Shown piece by piece: positions 23,880 through 24,000 of a DNA stretch of 24,000 nt (position 1 is the first letter of the stretch; every line of letters begins with the position of its first letter). Origin of the DNA: an uncultured bacterium (GTDB lineage: Bacteria > Cyanobacteriota > Vampirovibrionia > Gastranaerophilales > Gastranaerophilaceae); NCBI GenBank assembly GCA_949297715.1, contig CASFTJ010000002.1, forward strand, positions 103,112 to 127,111, written 5' to 3'. Under the pieces are notes generated by a model. That model was not told the origin of the DNA and ran no database searches. It worked only from the letters and a program-made list of their open reading frames with translations. The translations under genes and the position numbers were made by a program.

Positions 23880-24000
23880 TTATTCTCCTTTTTGTCATAA
23901 AGTTCAGAGCGGGCATGCCCTTTTATTTTAAATCTTTCGTAATTCGGTGCTATTTCACCTTCTTCTGCGTGTGCGTATAATTCTCCGTTTTTGATTATCT
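23876..24000 (-). CDS. 3' end of an upstream gene (partial); possibly LptC-like, based on position only
   Basis: The minus-strand frame reads ...IIKNGELYAHAEEGEIAPNYERFKIKGHARSELYDKKENK*. Its TGA overlaps the lptA-like ATG (ATGA). The function guess rests only on the usual lptC-lptA order. Confidence 0.35.
   Translation of the reverse strand, partial: IIKNGELYAHAEEGEIAPNYERFKIKGHARSELYDKKENK

Noticed and set aside
1-24000. Scan for CRISPR arrays, tRNA/rRNA genes, riboswitch-like leaders and long repeats
   Set aside because: No spacer-repeat periodicity, no cloverleaf-compatible GC-rich segments and no long noncoding leaders. The largest noncoding gaps are about 200 bp.

Overview
This is an AT-rich (roughly one-third G+C by eye), densely packed chromosomal window. 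It probably comes from an anaerobic, diderm, low-GC bacterium, because it carries an LptA/OstA-like gene, a rubrerythrin/rubredoxin/flavodiiron cluster and many prepilin-type proteins; I cannot assign a taxon from sequence alone. I found no rRNA, tRNA, CRISPR array, transposase or integrase.

Most of the window is recognisable core metabolism and information processing:
- a fused M16 peptidase
- a PerR-rubredoxin-rubrerythrin-rubrerythrin-flavodiiron oxidative-stress cluster
- leucyl aminopeptidase
- a plus-strand block running RNase Y, YmdB, PHP phosphoesterase, pilin-like protein, LOG, HEAT
- apt plus a membrane GT2 synthase
- HU
- a long minus-strand block running an LptC-like fragment, LptA-like, TPR, dprA, topA, aroE

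The least ordinary content is a three-member paralogous family of prepilin-type, pilin-like proteins at 1..351, 12397..13032 and 16747..17454. Two of them are each paired head-to-head with a small single-domain Cro/C1 HTH gene, across a very AT-rich intergenic region with the same layout in both copies. In each case the HTH gene appears leaderless, the predicted pilin promoter sits between the genes, and tandem 10-bp AT repeats lie between that promoter and the pilin ribosome-binding site. No pilus assembly genes are present in the window.

A 45-aa rubredoxin gene (4169..4306) is missing from the supplied ORF track. The second rubrerythrin copy appears to lack one canonical di-iron ligand. Antisense ORFs in the track that overlap well-supported genes are treated as shadow ORFs.
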